A stretch of DNA of 64,000 nt from an uncultured Nitrospinota bacterium. GTDB lineage: Bacteria; Tectomicrobia; Entotheonellia; J063; CAVPRW01. This document shows positions 10,977 through 21,371 of the stretch, in pieces. Location: NCBI GenBank assembly GCA_963707985.1, contig CAVPRW010000026.1, forward strand, positions 1 through 64,000, given 5' to 3'. Numbering within the stretch: position 1 is the stretch's first letter; every line of letters begins with the position of its first letter. Position numbers and translations under genes: made by a program. Under the pieces are notes generated by a model. It did no database searches. It was not told the DNA's origin and saw only the letters and a program-made list of their open reading frames with translations.

Positions 10977-11978
10977 CTATGCTGGCGTCCCTAAGCGCTT
11001 TGCCTGTACTTCCTTCCAATAGTGGCAGGCAACGTGGTGGCCGTCCCCGATGTCCTGTAGCGGCGGCTCGGCCGTTTTACAATCAGCCTTGGCATAGAGG
11101 CAGCGTGTATGAAAGCGACACCCACTGGGAGGATTGATCGGGCTGGGCACGTCGCCTGGGAGAAGGATACGTTGTTTCTTGATGGACGGGTCCGGACGTG
11201 GCACAGCCGAGAGCAACGCCTCTGTATAGGGATGCGAGGGATTTTGATACAGCTCCCGATCGGTGGCGAGCTCGACGATTTTGCCGAGATACATCACGGC
11301 CACGCGATTGCTGATATGCTCCACCACGCTCAGGTCATGGGCGATAATCAGATAGGTCAGGTTGAACTCGCGTTGGAGATCCTCGAGTAGGTTGATCACC
11401 TGGGCTTGGATCGACACATCAAGCGCTGACACTGGCTCATCCCCAATGATCAGCTTGGGGTTGAGGGCCAGGGCGCGGGCGATGCCGATGCGCTGGCGTT
11501 GTCCACCGCTGAATTCATGGGGATAGCGTCGCATATGCTCGGGACGAAGCCCTACTTTCTCCAGGATATTGGCGACCCGCTCCTCCTTCGCCCGACCCTT
11601 GGCAATGTTATGGATTTCCAGCGGTTCGCCGACGATACTGGCCACCGTCATGCGGGGGTTCAGGGAGGCATAGGGATCTTGGAAGATGATCTGCATCTGA
11701 CGTCTGAGAGCACGCATCGGCTTTTTGGCGAGCTTGAGGATGTCTTGTCCCTCGAAAAACACCTCACCCCCGGTCGGTTCGATCAAACGCAGGATCGTCC
11801 GTGCCGCGGTCGATTTGCCGCAACCGCTCTCGCCCACTAGTCCCACCGTCTCACCAGGGTATAGATCAAAGCTGATGCCGTCTACCGCCTGCACGTGGCC
11901 GACGGTTTTGGAGAGGATCCCCCCCTTGATGGGAAAATATTTTTTCAGGTTCTTGACTTGCAGTAATGGTTGGGCCAT
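10977..11978 (-). CDS. oppF: Oligopeptide/dipeptide ABC transporter ATP-binding subunit
   Basis: [28 protein letters not shown]-terminal GCRFHTRC. Confidence 0.9.
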   Translation of the reverse strand: MAQPLLQVKNLKKYFPIKGGILSKTVGHVQAVDGISFDLYPGETVGLVGESGCGKSTAARTILRLIEPTGGEVFFEGQDILKLAKKPMRALRRQMQIIFQDPYASLNPRMTVASIVGEPLEIHNIAKGRAKEERVANILEKVGLRPEHMRRYPHEFSGGQRQRIGIARALALNPKLIIGDEPVSALDVSIQAQVINLLEDLQREFNLTYLIIAHDLSVVEHISNRVAVMYLGKIVELATDRELYQNPSHPYTEALLSAVPRPDPSIKKQRILLPGDVPSPINPPSGCRFHTRCLYAKADCKTAEPPLQDIGDGHHVACHYWKEVQAKRLGTPA

Positions 11979-12014
11979 GGTTCATTCCCTATCCAGGCTA
12001 GGGGTTCACCTCGA

Positions 12015-12998
12015 TTAGCCAGGGAAAAAGCAGGCGCTGTAATGGCCACCTGGCACCTTCTCCAGAGGGGGCTCCTGTTCCTGACAGATCTTCTGGGCTT
12101 TCGGACAACGAGGATGGAACATGCACCCACTCGGCAAGTTATAGGGGCTCGGCACGATGCCCGGGATTTCCATCAGCCGCTGTTTCTGGCCAGAGGCCTT
12201 CTCCTCAAGTCGAGGCAAGGATTGCAGGAGGCCTTGGGTATAGGGATGCTGCGGTTGCTTGAAGATCTCCAAAACCGGTCCTTCCTCTACCACTTTGCCG
12301 CAATACATGACCACGACCCGCCGCGCCGATTCGGCTACGACCCCGAGGTTATGGGTAATGAGGATAATGGCCATGCCGAGCTCTTCTTTCAGGCTGAACA
12401 TGAGATCGAGAATCTGGGCCTGAATGGTGACGTCCAGCGCGGTGGTCGGCTCGTCGGCCAGCAGGATCTTGGGATTGCACGACAAGGCCATGGCAATCAT
12501 GGCGCGCTGACGCATGCCGCCACTGAGTTGGTGGGGATACTCATGCACACGGCGCTCGGGGGTTGCAATGCCTACCTTCTGCAGCATCTCGATGGATTTC
12601 GCCAGGGCATCACGTTTGCTGAGGCCTTGATGGAGGATGATGGCCTCGGAAATCTGATTGCCGATGGTGAAGACAGGGTTTAGGGAGGTCATCGGCTCCT
12701 GGAAGATCATCGAGATTTCGTTGCCGCGGATGCGCCGCATCTCAGCGCGCGTGAGTTTGAGAAGATTGGTACCCTCGAAGATGATCTCTCCACCCACAGT
12801 CCGCCCCGGGGGATCGGGGACCAAGCGCAGGATGGAGAGCGCCGTCACACTTTTCCCACAGCCGGATTCACCGACAACCCCCAGCGTCTCGCCGCGATGT
12901 AATTGATAGCTCACCCCATCAACGGCCTTGGCAACCCCATCAGAGGTGAAAAAATAGGTCTTGAGGTCACGCAGGTCGAGCAACAAGTCATTGTTCAT
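12015..12998 (-). CDS. oppD: Oligopeptide/dipeptide ABC transporter ATP-binding subunit
   Basis: [38 protein letters not shown]. Confidence 0.9.
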   Translation of the reverse strand: MNNDLLLDLRDLKTYFFTSDGVAKAVDGVSYQLHRGETLGVVGESGCGKSVTALSILRLVPDPPGRTVGGEIIFEGTNLLKLTRAEMRRIRGNEISMIFQEPMTSLNPVFTIGNQISEAIILHQGLSKRDALAKSIEMLQKVGIATPERRVHEYPHQLSGGMRQRAMIAMALSCNPKILLADEPTTALDVTIQAQILDLMFSLKEELGMAIILITHNLGVVAESARRVVVMYCGKVVEEGPVLEIFKQPQHPYTQGLLQSLPRLEEKASGQKQRLMEIPGIVPSPYNLPSGCMFHPRCPKAQKICQEQEPPLEKVPGGHYSACFFPG

Positions 12999-13513
12999 CG
13001 GAGCCTGCCTTTCATGACTGACGTTGGATGGTTATCGATCCTAGGCGCGTCCCACCGCTTATATTTTTCCACTCTTAGCATATTTCGTAGTCGGTGACAA
13101 GGCTTTCTATGGTGCTGGCTGGTTGGCACGTGCGACGTCGACGGAGATGCACGGCCATTACCACACCAGGCGTGCTATTGCCGCTCCGAGGTATGCAGCT
13201 ATCCAGGTACCAGGTGATCGTAGGAGGATGCTTCCCTTGAAATGCTACTGCGATCGTTGATAAGAAAGCATATACTGAACTGGCAACGCTCACGTTGCGC
13301 TAGGTGCTCTTGCCAGGTGCAATCTCAATATCGGGCGTCATTCATAGACGTTGACCTTGCTCCAGACGCCCGAGTGCGACCGGCGCTGCGCAGCTTCTGG
13401 ACTCCAGGCCAGCCAGGGCCAGCCCGGCTGCGAAGATTTTGAGATGCGGGTGCATTGCTGACAGCGCATCGGTGACGGAAACTGGCAATATTCGCCTGCA
13501 TGGGAGACGTGAC

Positions 13514-14869
13514 ATGGCCTATCTAGTTGTCCCTCATGAAGTTTCAGCCACCGCGGCGACGATATGGATCGCAGCCCTCGACGAGCCCTTCGCCTCTGGT
13601 CAAATCCGCCTCATATCTCATCTGGGCGAACATCCTCTCACCGCGACCTGGGAACATTGGGATTCTCGCGATGGCACACACCACCTGGATTATCAGCGCG
13701 TAACCATTCCAGATTTGCAACCGCGCACCCCTCTGACGGTGCAACTCCTTGCGAACGGACAGCCTCAAGCCGACGCCAGCCTCATGACGCTGCCGTCACA
13801 ACTGCCGACGCTTGAGGAGAAACCATTTACAGTGCTGTTGGGCTCCTGTTTCTGCAAACGAGAGGATGCCGAGGGTGCTGTGGGCCAGACGTATGGCCAG
13901 CTACCCACTGGGTCGCGGCCTGACGTGAAAATCCTCTGTGGTGACCAGGTGTACCTGGACGATCCATGGGCCCATTACCTCTGGCACACGCATGATATTT
14001 CGGAGCTCGAAGTGGAATTTTTCTCTAATTATCGGGATACGTGGATGCAGGCGCCGGGGTTTCGGCAACTGCTCACACAGGGAGCGAATTATTTTTGCCC
14101 TGACGATCATGAATTTTGGAATAATGCCCCCAATGTCGCGACGGTCATTCGTGATACCTGGTCAAGGAGTGGTCGCCAAGAGTGGTTCGCCACCGCACGT
14201 CAATTCTACCAGATGTTTCAGAATCCCGCATCCGGCGCGACGTTTACCGTTGCCCCGCTGTCGTTTCTCATCGCCGACACGCGGTCGAATCGAAGTTCGG
14301 ACCAAACGGATTTCATGCGGCCCTCTGACTTTCAAGCCGTGGCACAGTGGATTCAGAACCTGACGGGGCCCGGGGTTCTCGTCGTCGGACAGCCCCTCTT
14401 CAGCGACAAGGCCGGCTTTCTGAGTGGGACCTTCAGCGATTGGAATTTGTCGGACTTTGACCAATATGGACAACTTGCCCCGTTGCTCGCACAGTCGCCC
14501 CATTCGATCGTCATTCTCACGGGGGACGTGCATTATGGCCGCATTGCCTGGTGTACTCTCATCTCGGGGGGAGAGCTGATCGAAGTCATCTCCTCGCCGA
14601 TGTCGCTGGTCGATAAACTAGCGGAAGGCTCCTGGGAAGAAGCGCCCAACCTGTTCCCACCTTTCGCCCTTCCGGGAGTGGTTAGGGCGCGGGTGCACAC
14701 ACTCGCGTCACAGACGTTTTCACCCAGCAACAGCCATTTTCTGACATTGGAGTTTTCGGCCACCGGCGCCCAAGTCCGTATGAGCGTGAGGTTCTGGCCT
14801 ATAGGGCGACAAGAGTCTGGCCACGGTACGGCCTTCGGCGAGACGGTTTACCAACGATTCTTACGATAG
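13514..14869 (+). CDS. PhoD-like (alkaline phosphatase D family) metallophosphoesterase without an obvious export signal
   Basis: GDQVYLD, DDHEF, ADTR and TGDVH metal motifs; ATG 13514 after GGGAG. Confidence 0.8.
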   Translation: MAYLVVPHEVSATAATIWIAALDEPFASGQIRLISHLGEHPLTATWEHWDSRDGTHHLDYQRVTIPDLQPRTPLTVQLLANGQPQADASLMTLPSQLPTLEEKPFTVLLGSCFCKREDAEGAVGQTYGQLPTGSRPDVKILCGDQVYLDDPWAHYLWHTHDISELEVEFFSNYRDTWMQAPGFRQLLTQGANYFCPDDHEFWNNAPNVATVIRDTWSRSGRQEWFATARQFYQMFQNPASGATFTVAPLSFLIADTRSNRSSDQTDFMRPSDFQAVAQWIQNLTGPGVLVVGQPLFSDKAGFLSGTFSDWNLSDFDQYGQLAPLLAQSPHSIVILTGDVHYGRIAWCTLISGGELIEVISSPMSLVDKLAEGSWEEAPNLFPPFALPGVVRARVHTLASQTFSPSNSHFLTLEFSATGAQVRMSVRFWPIGRQESGHGTAFGETVYQRFLR

Positions 14870-14879
14870 GAGGGTATCC

Positions 14880-15632
14880 ATGCTTGCGATACGGTACTCA
14901 CAGGCCATGGCACCGAACGACTCGTTACAGGATATGCCGGCACGTCGGCGTGAATCCAATCGTGCCTGGCTGGGACGCCTGGGGGCTACTAGTGGCATCA
15001 TCCTCTTAGGGGGCACCTCCCTGGCACACTTCCGCATCCGGGTGGCCCAATCGCATGTCCGAAGTGATCTGTTGCCCAGTTTCTGGTCGGTAGTTGGCAT
15101 CCTTGAGGATGGGGACACCTTTGCCTCGGTGCCATTCGATGGCAGGACGGACGCGTCTAACATCCCGCGCACCAATGCAGTTCAGACTTGTGAGTTGGAA
15201 GAGTACGATGATCCCGTGCAGTTTCCCAACATTGCTGTACTGCATTTTACGGATGACGAGCGTCCTATCCATCAAAATATCGATCGCGTCACATCCCAAC
15301 GGAGTGTGATCGACCTTCCCACGTTGATGCTCCATTGGCTCGGCTACATCTGGAGCGTCGGTCAGGCAGCCAATCCTTTGCTCGCAGGACACGGGCTCCC
15401 CAGTGCGGCATTCGTCGAAACGGTTTATGGCATTGCCGGTATCGAGCTGACACCCGGTCTCTCATCAGCTTCGAGCTGTCCGGAAGCGATCTGGGCCGCC
15501 GCGAAGTGGTGGCATCAGTTCTATGAAGTGGAGACCGGGATAGGAGACGAAGCCCATGCGATCGCCCGCGTGCCCACAGGCCATTTTGCGATTCGTCAGC
15601 CTGCAGCTGCCATTGTCGAGCCCAGTCGATAA
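14880..15632 (+). CDS. Hypothetical protein resembling a permuted NlpC/P60 (papain-like) fold with altered catalytic motifs
   Basis: GGAGG RBS; 10 bp after the PhoD-like gene; PSFWSVVGI and PSAAFVETVYGIAGIEL resemble the SxWSHxG and CSxLVxxAY motifs. Confidence 0.6.
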   Translation: MLAIRYSQAMAPNDSLQDMPARRRESNRAWLGRLGATSGIILLGGTSLAHFRIRVAQSHVRSDLLPSFWSVVGILEDGDTFASVPFDGRTDASNIPRTNAVQTCELEEYDDPVQFPNIAVLHFTDDERPIHQNIDRVTSQRSVIDLPTLMLHWLGYIWSVGQAANPLLAGHGLPSAAFVETVYGIAGIELTPGLSSASSCPEAIWAAAKWWHQFYEVETGIGDEAHAIARVPTGHFAIRQPAAAIVEPSR

Positions 15633-15814
15633 TCGGCGGGTGGGCACGCAGGCGGTGGTATGCCGCCATCTCGTCTGGCGAACACCTTGGAGAATTTCTT
15701 CGGTTTACAGGACGGTGGGTGGGAAGGCCTACCCTGCGCAGTGTTGCCCCACCTAGAAGCCATGGTGCCGTGAAGGTTGTCGGGCCTGGCCTGGCGAGCG
15801 ATGTGTGGTGTTGC

Positions 15815-15843
15815 TTGACGCCACGACCAATATTTGCTATGTT
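15815..15843 (+). promoter_or_regulatory. Sigma70-type promoter of the cold-shock gene
   Basis: TTGACG-17 bp-TATGTT with extended -10 TG. Confidence 0.7.
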
Positions 15844-15896
15844 ACAGGCATTGTAGTTCGGGTGCCAGCAGTGCAGATCCTCGTGAACCATCAAGG

Positions 15897-15935
15897 AACC
15901 GCAACGGCGATACCAGGGCTGGTTGCGGTTTTTTT
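15897..15935 (+). terminator. Intrinsic terminator-like hairpin inside the csp 5' leader
   Basis: AACCGCAAC (15897-15905) / GTTGCGGTT (15922-15930) running into a T7 tract. Confidence 0.6.
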
Positions 15936-15994
15936 ATGACCGTTCGATCATGCGCGGCGGCTTCTTTTTAATCCCCGGTCAGGAGGATCATGCT

Positions 15995-16210
15995 ATGGCC
16001 AGTGGTACCGTGAAGTGGTTTAACGAGCAGAAAGGCTTTGGGTTTATTACGCAGGACAATGGTCCGGATGTGTTTGTGCATTATTCGGCGATCGAGGAGT
16101 CGGGTTTCAAATCTCTGAATGAAGGGGATCAAGTCCAATTTGAGGTAGTCCCCGGCCCCAAAGGACCCCAGGCCAAGTCTGTGAAAAAGGTTACAGCCAG
16201 CACTCGCTAA
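15995..16210 (+). CDS. cspA: Cold-shock protein
   Basis: GTVKWFN, KGFGFI (RNP1), DVFVHYS (RNP2); AGGAGG RBS. Confidence 0.95.
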   Translation: MASGTVKWFNEQKGFGFITQDNGPDVFVHYSAIEESGFKSLNEGDQVQFEVVPGPKGPQAKSVKKVTASTR

Positions 16211-16545
16211 CTCGCTGTCTCTCTCCTGCTCTTCTGTCGTGATGGGCGGGGGAGGGATGACCCCTGCGAGCCTGCGAGGTTTCAGGAGATGCGCGTTCGA
16301 ACGTTCGCTACGGCATCGTGTTGACGCGCATCGTGTCTCATGATTTAGCCACATCATTGAGCCGTCACTCCTCTCCAGTCTACTCTTAGCTGTCCTGATC
16401 GCCAAGTCACCCTTTCATGAATATTATTGTTCATGTGCATGATTACAATTCGTTGGATTGTTGGCTGGTCGCATCCTATATTCTAAACCAAGCGGTCGGT
16501 TGGTCAAGCCGCGTAGCACAGAAGACGGCACCACACGAGAAGGAG

Positions 16546-16818
16546 ATGACCATGCGATCACACGGACATGCGACTGTCTGGGGAACTCATATAGGAGTCG
16601 GCCGCGCCAACGAGAACACGAGTTGGTATCAGCACCTGAAAGAGTGGTGGGCAGCGCGAACATCTAGAGGTCAACAGGCGAAGCTCGCTGGCCTTCACGC
16701 GTGCTGGGACGCCGAGCACGAAGCGGTGAAACCCCGGCGTGCAGAAGCTGCCATCGAGATGGCGATAGCCCATGCTGCCCTCTCGATGGCGACGCATCCA
16801 TATAGCCTGAGCCAGTAG
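16546..16818 (+). CDS. Small hypothetical protein
   Basis: AAGGAG RBS before ATG 16546/16552; ~90-aa ORF. Confidence 0.5.
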   Translation: MTMRSHGHATVWGTHIGVGRANENTSWYQHLKEWWAARTSRGQQAKLAGLHACWDAEHEAVKPRRAEAAIEMAIAHAALSMATHPYSLSQ

Positions 16819-17394
16819 AGAAGGTAGGCGGACCCTCGTCCGCGTGGGCTGGGCCTTCAGGTCCCATCCACGTGGACGGGTGGTGGCGGATCACTTGGGA
16901 GCCGGCAGCGCTGCTCCCTGGCATAGCGTAACGAAGCATTGTGGCGAGCCCCACGTGCTCCGTCCTGACCATAACTTCCCGACCAACGTAGACGCCATCC
17001 TAGATGTTCCTTATCTAGCCCTGTCTTTTAATTTCATCGCTTCTTCTCGCTCGACATGTCTCGACTTCCGGCCTTCCTGAATTATTGAGTCGTAACTGCC
17101 ATGAAACGCCATAAGCTTACCTCGTCGGACCAGCACGCCCAACCGATGCCGCTCACCCAATTCCCGCACGCCCCCATGCCGCTTCCCATCAGGGGAGGCC
17201 AGAGGGGCAGAGCAGTGCCGTGTCATTTAGGGCTGCTATTGTCGTGGCTGTCTCTTAACAAGGGGGTGGTGTGCGCGTCACGGCTTGCGAGGTGTTGCGG
17301 CGTACAGTAGACTCGTGGTGATGATTTCGGATGGACTGAATTATGTGGTTGGGCAACAACCTGCCGATCGTCCTCATCAGAAGGGGGGAGTTCG

Positions 17395-19740
17395 ATGGAC
17401 GCACCGCTCGCCAATCCGATCAGCGATCTCGAAGAGAGCTATGGTATAGTGGTCATTGGCTCCGGCTACGGTGGTGCAATTCTCGGAGCACGTCTGGCCC
17501 AGGGGCGTTCGCTGTGTATTTTGGAGCGCGGTCGCGAGTGGATCCCTGGGACGTTCCCAGATAACCTCGACGACATCCTCAAGGCTAACAGATCTCCTCA
17601 CCAACCTCTCGGCCTCTATGACTACCACCTCCACCGTGATGTCGATGTCTTCGTCGGCAGCGGCCTTGGCGGCACGTCGCTCATTAATGCCAATGTCGTC
17701 ATCCCTCCGGACGATGACCTTTTCGATCAGCCACGTTGGCCAGCCGAAATCCGCCGGGATCGCGATTCCCGCGCGCTTGAGGGGTATTTTGACACCGTGC
17801 GGCAGATGCTGCAAATCGAGTCCTATGGTGATGACCTGCCGACGTTGCGCAAGCTCGAAGCCCACCGAAAGTCGACCCGCGCACGTGGGGCAGAGTATGT
17901 TAAGGTCAATGTCGCCGTCAACTTTCGCCGCTATGCTAACCAACCGAACGACGTCGGTGTGCACCAGCAGTTGTGCACCCTGTGTGGGGATTGCGTCACC
18001 GGCTGCAACGTGCGGGCGAAAAATACCCTGTATATGAACTACCTCCCACTGGCGAAACAGCGGGGAGCACAGATGTTCACTCAGGTTGAGGTTAATTATC
18101 TGGTCAAGCTTCCCGATGGCGGTTATGCGGTGCATTACACCTATCATGCTGACCACGGGCAATCCGCCCGACCGGGAGTTCTGCGGGCCAGTGTGGTGAT
18201 CCTCGCTGCCGGCGCCTTGGGCTCCCCCCAGATTCTGCTGCGCTCACGTGAAGCCGGGCTGAGTCTCTCCGCGACACTTGGCCATTACTTTTCCGGCAAT
18301 GGAGACTTTTTAGGCAACGCCTACAATACCGATCAACAAACCGATATTCTCGGATTTGGCAATGTTCAGGATGAGCGATCCAAGATATTCGTTGGCCCGA
18401 CAATTCTCTCGCTGGCCGATTATCGGAACAAGGCTCGCTTGGCGGACCGTTATATCATCGAAGAAGGTGCCCTGCCACGGGGGTTGGTCGACACCTTGCG
18501 CCACACGATCCACCTGCTCAACTTCACCCAAGGGGAGGACACCGACGCTGGCCTGGCGGACTATTTGGCTGAAAGCCGTCGAATCGGGCGTGATTTGCTG
18601 CACTATGACCCGCAAGGGGCGTTGAATCATTCGATGATCTATCTGGCCATTGGTCATGACAGCGCCGATGGCACGCTTGTCCTCGACCAGCATGGCCAGG
18701 TGCAACTCCTATGGGGTAGCGCGCCTGATCAACCCTACTGCCGTATGGTGAGTACTGAAATGCGCGGCCACACAGCGGCCCTGGGCGGTACTTACATTGC
18801 CAATCCTCGTTGGCACCGCTCGCTGGGCCGCAATCTCATCACCGTACACCCCCTCGGAGGTTGCATTATGGGGAGCGATGCTGCCGGAGGGGTGGTGGAT
18901 CACCGCGGCCGCGTCTATGATCCGTCTCATGGCCCGAACGGCATCCACTCAGGACTCTTCGTCGTCGATGGGTCGATCATCCCGACCGCCGTCGGGGTCA
19001 ATCCGCTGCTCACCATCTCTGGGCTGGCGGAGAGAAGTGCCGCCCTGATGAACGCCGACGCCACGTTGGATTTGACCCCCAAACCCTTCAAACGTGCCAC
19101 CTACGTCGAAGTGCCGCCGCCCATCGGGCTACATTTTACCGAGGAGATGAAGGGCTATGTCACAGCGGGACTTCAAGGAGAGAGCCTGGAGGACTATCGC
19201 GCCGGTGAGCGTAGCGGCCGCCAGGCAGGCCATCGCTTGAGCGTCTGGCTATGGATTGCGATCGAACACCTGGATGCATTTGTCGACAATCCCGACCATG
19301 AAGCCCTCGTGAGCGGCTACGTAGAATATGCCCCTCTGGGCGGCAAGCGGATGATCGAACGGGGACGCTTCAATATGTATGTCGACATGCCGCAAACGCG
19401 CATCAGACACATGCGCTACTCCCTACAGTTTACGGCAAGCGACGGACAGCCCTACCTCTTGGCGGGTTTTAAGGAAGTACGTGACGATCGTGGCTTGGAT
19501 GCGTGGTCGGATAACACGACGTTATTCACCACCATTTATCGTGGTACCACGTCGAGCGCTCAGGTCTATGGCCGCGGCGTCATCCATGTGCTCATCTGGG
19601 ACCTCGTCGAACAAGTGGCCTCATTCCGCGTGCATAATGCCTCCACCACGGCGACATTGCACGCCTTAAGTCGCTTCGGAACCTTCTTCTTTGGAGAATT
19701 ATGGGACACCTATGTGAAAGATCGCCTGCCGCAGAGCTGA
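17395..19740 (+). CDS. GMC oxidoreductase, cholesterol-oxidase-like, with an extra C-terminal beta-rich domain
   Basis: GSGYGG FAD motif, GLGGTSLINANV, CTLCGDCVTGC, HPLGGC, VGVNPLLTI; C-terminal FTEEMKG...GFKEV...DNTTLF domain. Confidence 0.88.
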   Translation: MDAPLANPISDLEESYGIVVIGSGYGGAILGARLAQGRSLCILERGREWIPGTFPDNLDDILKANRSPHQPLGLYDYHLHRDVDVFVGSGLGGTSLINANVVIPPDDDLFDQPRWPAEIRRDRDSRALEGYFDTVRQMLQIESYGDDLPTLRKLEAHRKSTRARGAEYVKVNVAVNFRRYANQPNDVGVHQQLCTLCGDCVTGCNVRAKNTLYMNYLPLAKQRGAQMFTQVEVNYLVKLPDGGYAVHYTYHADHGQSARPGVLRASVVILAAGALGSPQILLRSREAGLSLSATLGHYFSGNGDFLGNAYNTDQQTDILGFGNVQDERSKIFVGPTILSLADYRNKARLADRYIIEEGALPRGLVDTLRHTIHLLNFTQGEDTDAGLADYLAESRRIGRDLLHYDPQGALNHSMIYLAIGHDSADGTLVLDQHGQVQLLWGSAPDQPYCRMVSTEMRGHTAALGGTYIANPRWHRSLGRNLITVHPLGGCIMGSDAAGGVVDHRGRVYDPSHGPNGIHSGLFVVDGSIIPTAVGVNPLLTISGLAERSAALMNADATLDLTPKPFKRATYVEVPPPIGLHFTEEMKGYVTAGLQGESLEDYRAGERSGRQAGHRLSVWLWIAIEHLDAFVDNPDHEALVSGYVEYAPLGGKRMIERGRFNMYVDMPQTRIRHMRYSLQFTASDGQPYLLAGFKEVRDDRGLDAWSDNTTLFTTIYRGTTSSAQVYGRGVIHVLIWDLVEQVASFRVHNASTTATLHALSRFGTFFFGELWDTYVKDRLPQS

Positions 19741-19946
19741 GGGGGCGCTAGTCAGTGCTTACACCAGGCCTAGGGGCGCACTCCAACCGCGCCAGAGCTC
19801 CACATGATTCGTCCCAAAGCAAATTTCACCGCCTGATGGGGAACGATTTGTGATATAGTCGACAAGCCGAGGGAGGAGGCGGCTGCCCTTCCCTCCCTGT
19901 CGATGTCAGTCGTTCTGTCTGTTGGGTGCACTCTTAGCGAGGGGAG

Positions 19947-20183
19947 ATGAGCATGCCTGGAAAAATCACGGTCAGAGACAATGGTCCATTGCGCATCGAA
20001 GGTGATATCGAATTGTGCGACGCCAGCGGTGCCGCGTTCAGTACACCGGGGCGGGAATATGTCTCCCTGTGTCGCTGCGGCGGAAGTAACAATAAGCCAT
20101 TTTGCGACGGCACACATACCAAGGATGGATTCCAGTCCCAGGTGAAAGCGCGAGTGTTACCGCCGCCCCCACCTCCTGCATAG
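19947..20183 (+). CDS. CDGSH iron-sulfur domain protein
   Basis: NGPL and LCRCGGSNNKPFCDGTH. Confidence 0.92.
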   Translation: MSMPGKITVRDNGPLRIEGDIELCDASGAAFSTPGREYVSLCRCGGSNNKPFCDGTHTKDGFQSQVKARVLPPPPPPA

Positions 20184-20321
20184 GCAACGGGGCTACCTTC
20201 GATGTTCGCCATGGGCTTAGAGGTCACGCGTTCGTAGCCATGGTGTGATTTGTACGCTCCTCGCTCGTCTTGGCCGGCGCCTAGGGAGCGCATGGAGGCG
20301 AAGGCGGCGAATGATACCCGC

Positions 20322-21179
20322 TCAGCAGGTAAACAACGCCAGGTGCTCTTGGATAAATTGTTCTAGGGTGCGTGCGGGTCTGCCGGTTACGGCCTCAACC
20401 GTGCTGGTAACGGTTGAGGCGTGGCCGGCACTGAGGGCGGTACTGAAGTCGACCTGCACGTCGACATGCCAGGCGGGCATGCCCGAAGCGACTAGCCGGT
20501 CCCGCATGACGGTCAAGGGTACGTTTTTGTAGGTGACGGTCCTCCCCAAGATCCGCGCTAGCCTCTCCGCAACGTCCCCATAAGAAAGCGCCTCAGGTCC
20601 CGTCAGCATATAAGCCTTGCCTATATGGGCAGTCGTGGTCAGGGTCGTGGCTGTCACGGCGGCAATATCCGCAACATCGATCATTGCCACCTTGCCCTGG
20701 TCCAGAGAGCCTGTGAACTCCCCGCTGGAGCGGATGGTTGGCGCAAACCTCAGGATATTCTGCATGAAAAACGGTGGACGCAAGTGCGTAAAAGGCAATC
20801 CCGAGTCTTCTAATTGCTTCTCCGTCTGCGCATGCCAGCGTCCACTGCGCACCGCGGAGTCGAGCGCCGTTCCTAACCCTGAAATCTTCACGACATGAGC
20901 CCGACCAGCCCGTTTGGCGGCAGCGATAAAGTTGCCCTGGAGCTCCACCTGATGCGGATCAAGAGGTGAAACCAGGAGTGCTGCGGTGATGCCATCGAGT
21001 GCCGCATCCAGAGACTGTGGCTGGCCTAGGTCGCCGATAACGGTTTCTACCTGCGGATTGGCCACCAGTGCCGCCTTTTCGGCATTCCGGACCAATGCCC
21101 GGACGCTCACGCCCCTGGCGGATAGCTGTTTGAGTGTTGCGCCACCGACCCGGCCTGTGGCGCCGGTAATCAGGATCAT
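20322..21179 (-). CDS. NmrA-like/atypical SDR NAD(P)H-binding protein
   Basis: ILITGATGRVG, LRPPFFMQN, IDVADIA, LTGPEAL. Confidence 0.88.
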   Translation of the reverse strand: MILITGATGRVGGATLKQLSARGVSVRALVRNAEKAALVANPQVETVIGDLGQPQSLDAALDGITAALLVSPLDPHQVELQGNFIAAAKRAGRAHVVKISGLGTALDSAVRSGRWHAQTEKQLEDSGLPFTHLRPPFFMQNILRFAPTIRSSGEFTGSLDQGKVAMIDVADIAAVTATTLTTTAHIGKAYMLTGPEALSYGDVAERLARILGRTVTYKNVPLTVMRDRLVASGMPAWHVDVQVDFSTALSAGHASTVTSTVEAVTGRPARTLEQFIQEHLALFTC

Positions 21180-21371
21180 AATCCCCTCCTTCCCTGTATG
21201 GGCGACGTGAAATGCTCCAGTGCGCTTACCCTGGTATCATAACGCATCTCGTTGCATGGGCGACATCTCTCTGGTATAGTGCGCACATTTACGTTGCCGT
21301 CCACGATTGGCGCGGCGGTGGCGGCCCCAAGAGTGACGAGTTGTGCGGCAGACGCACGTAAGGAGGGGATC

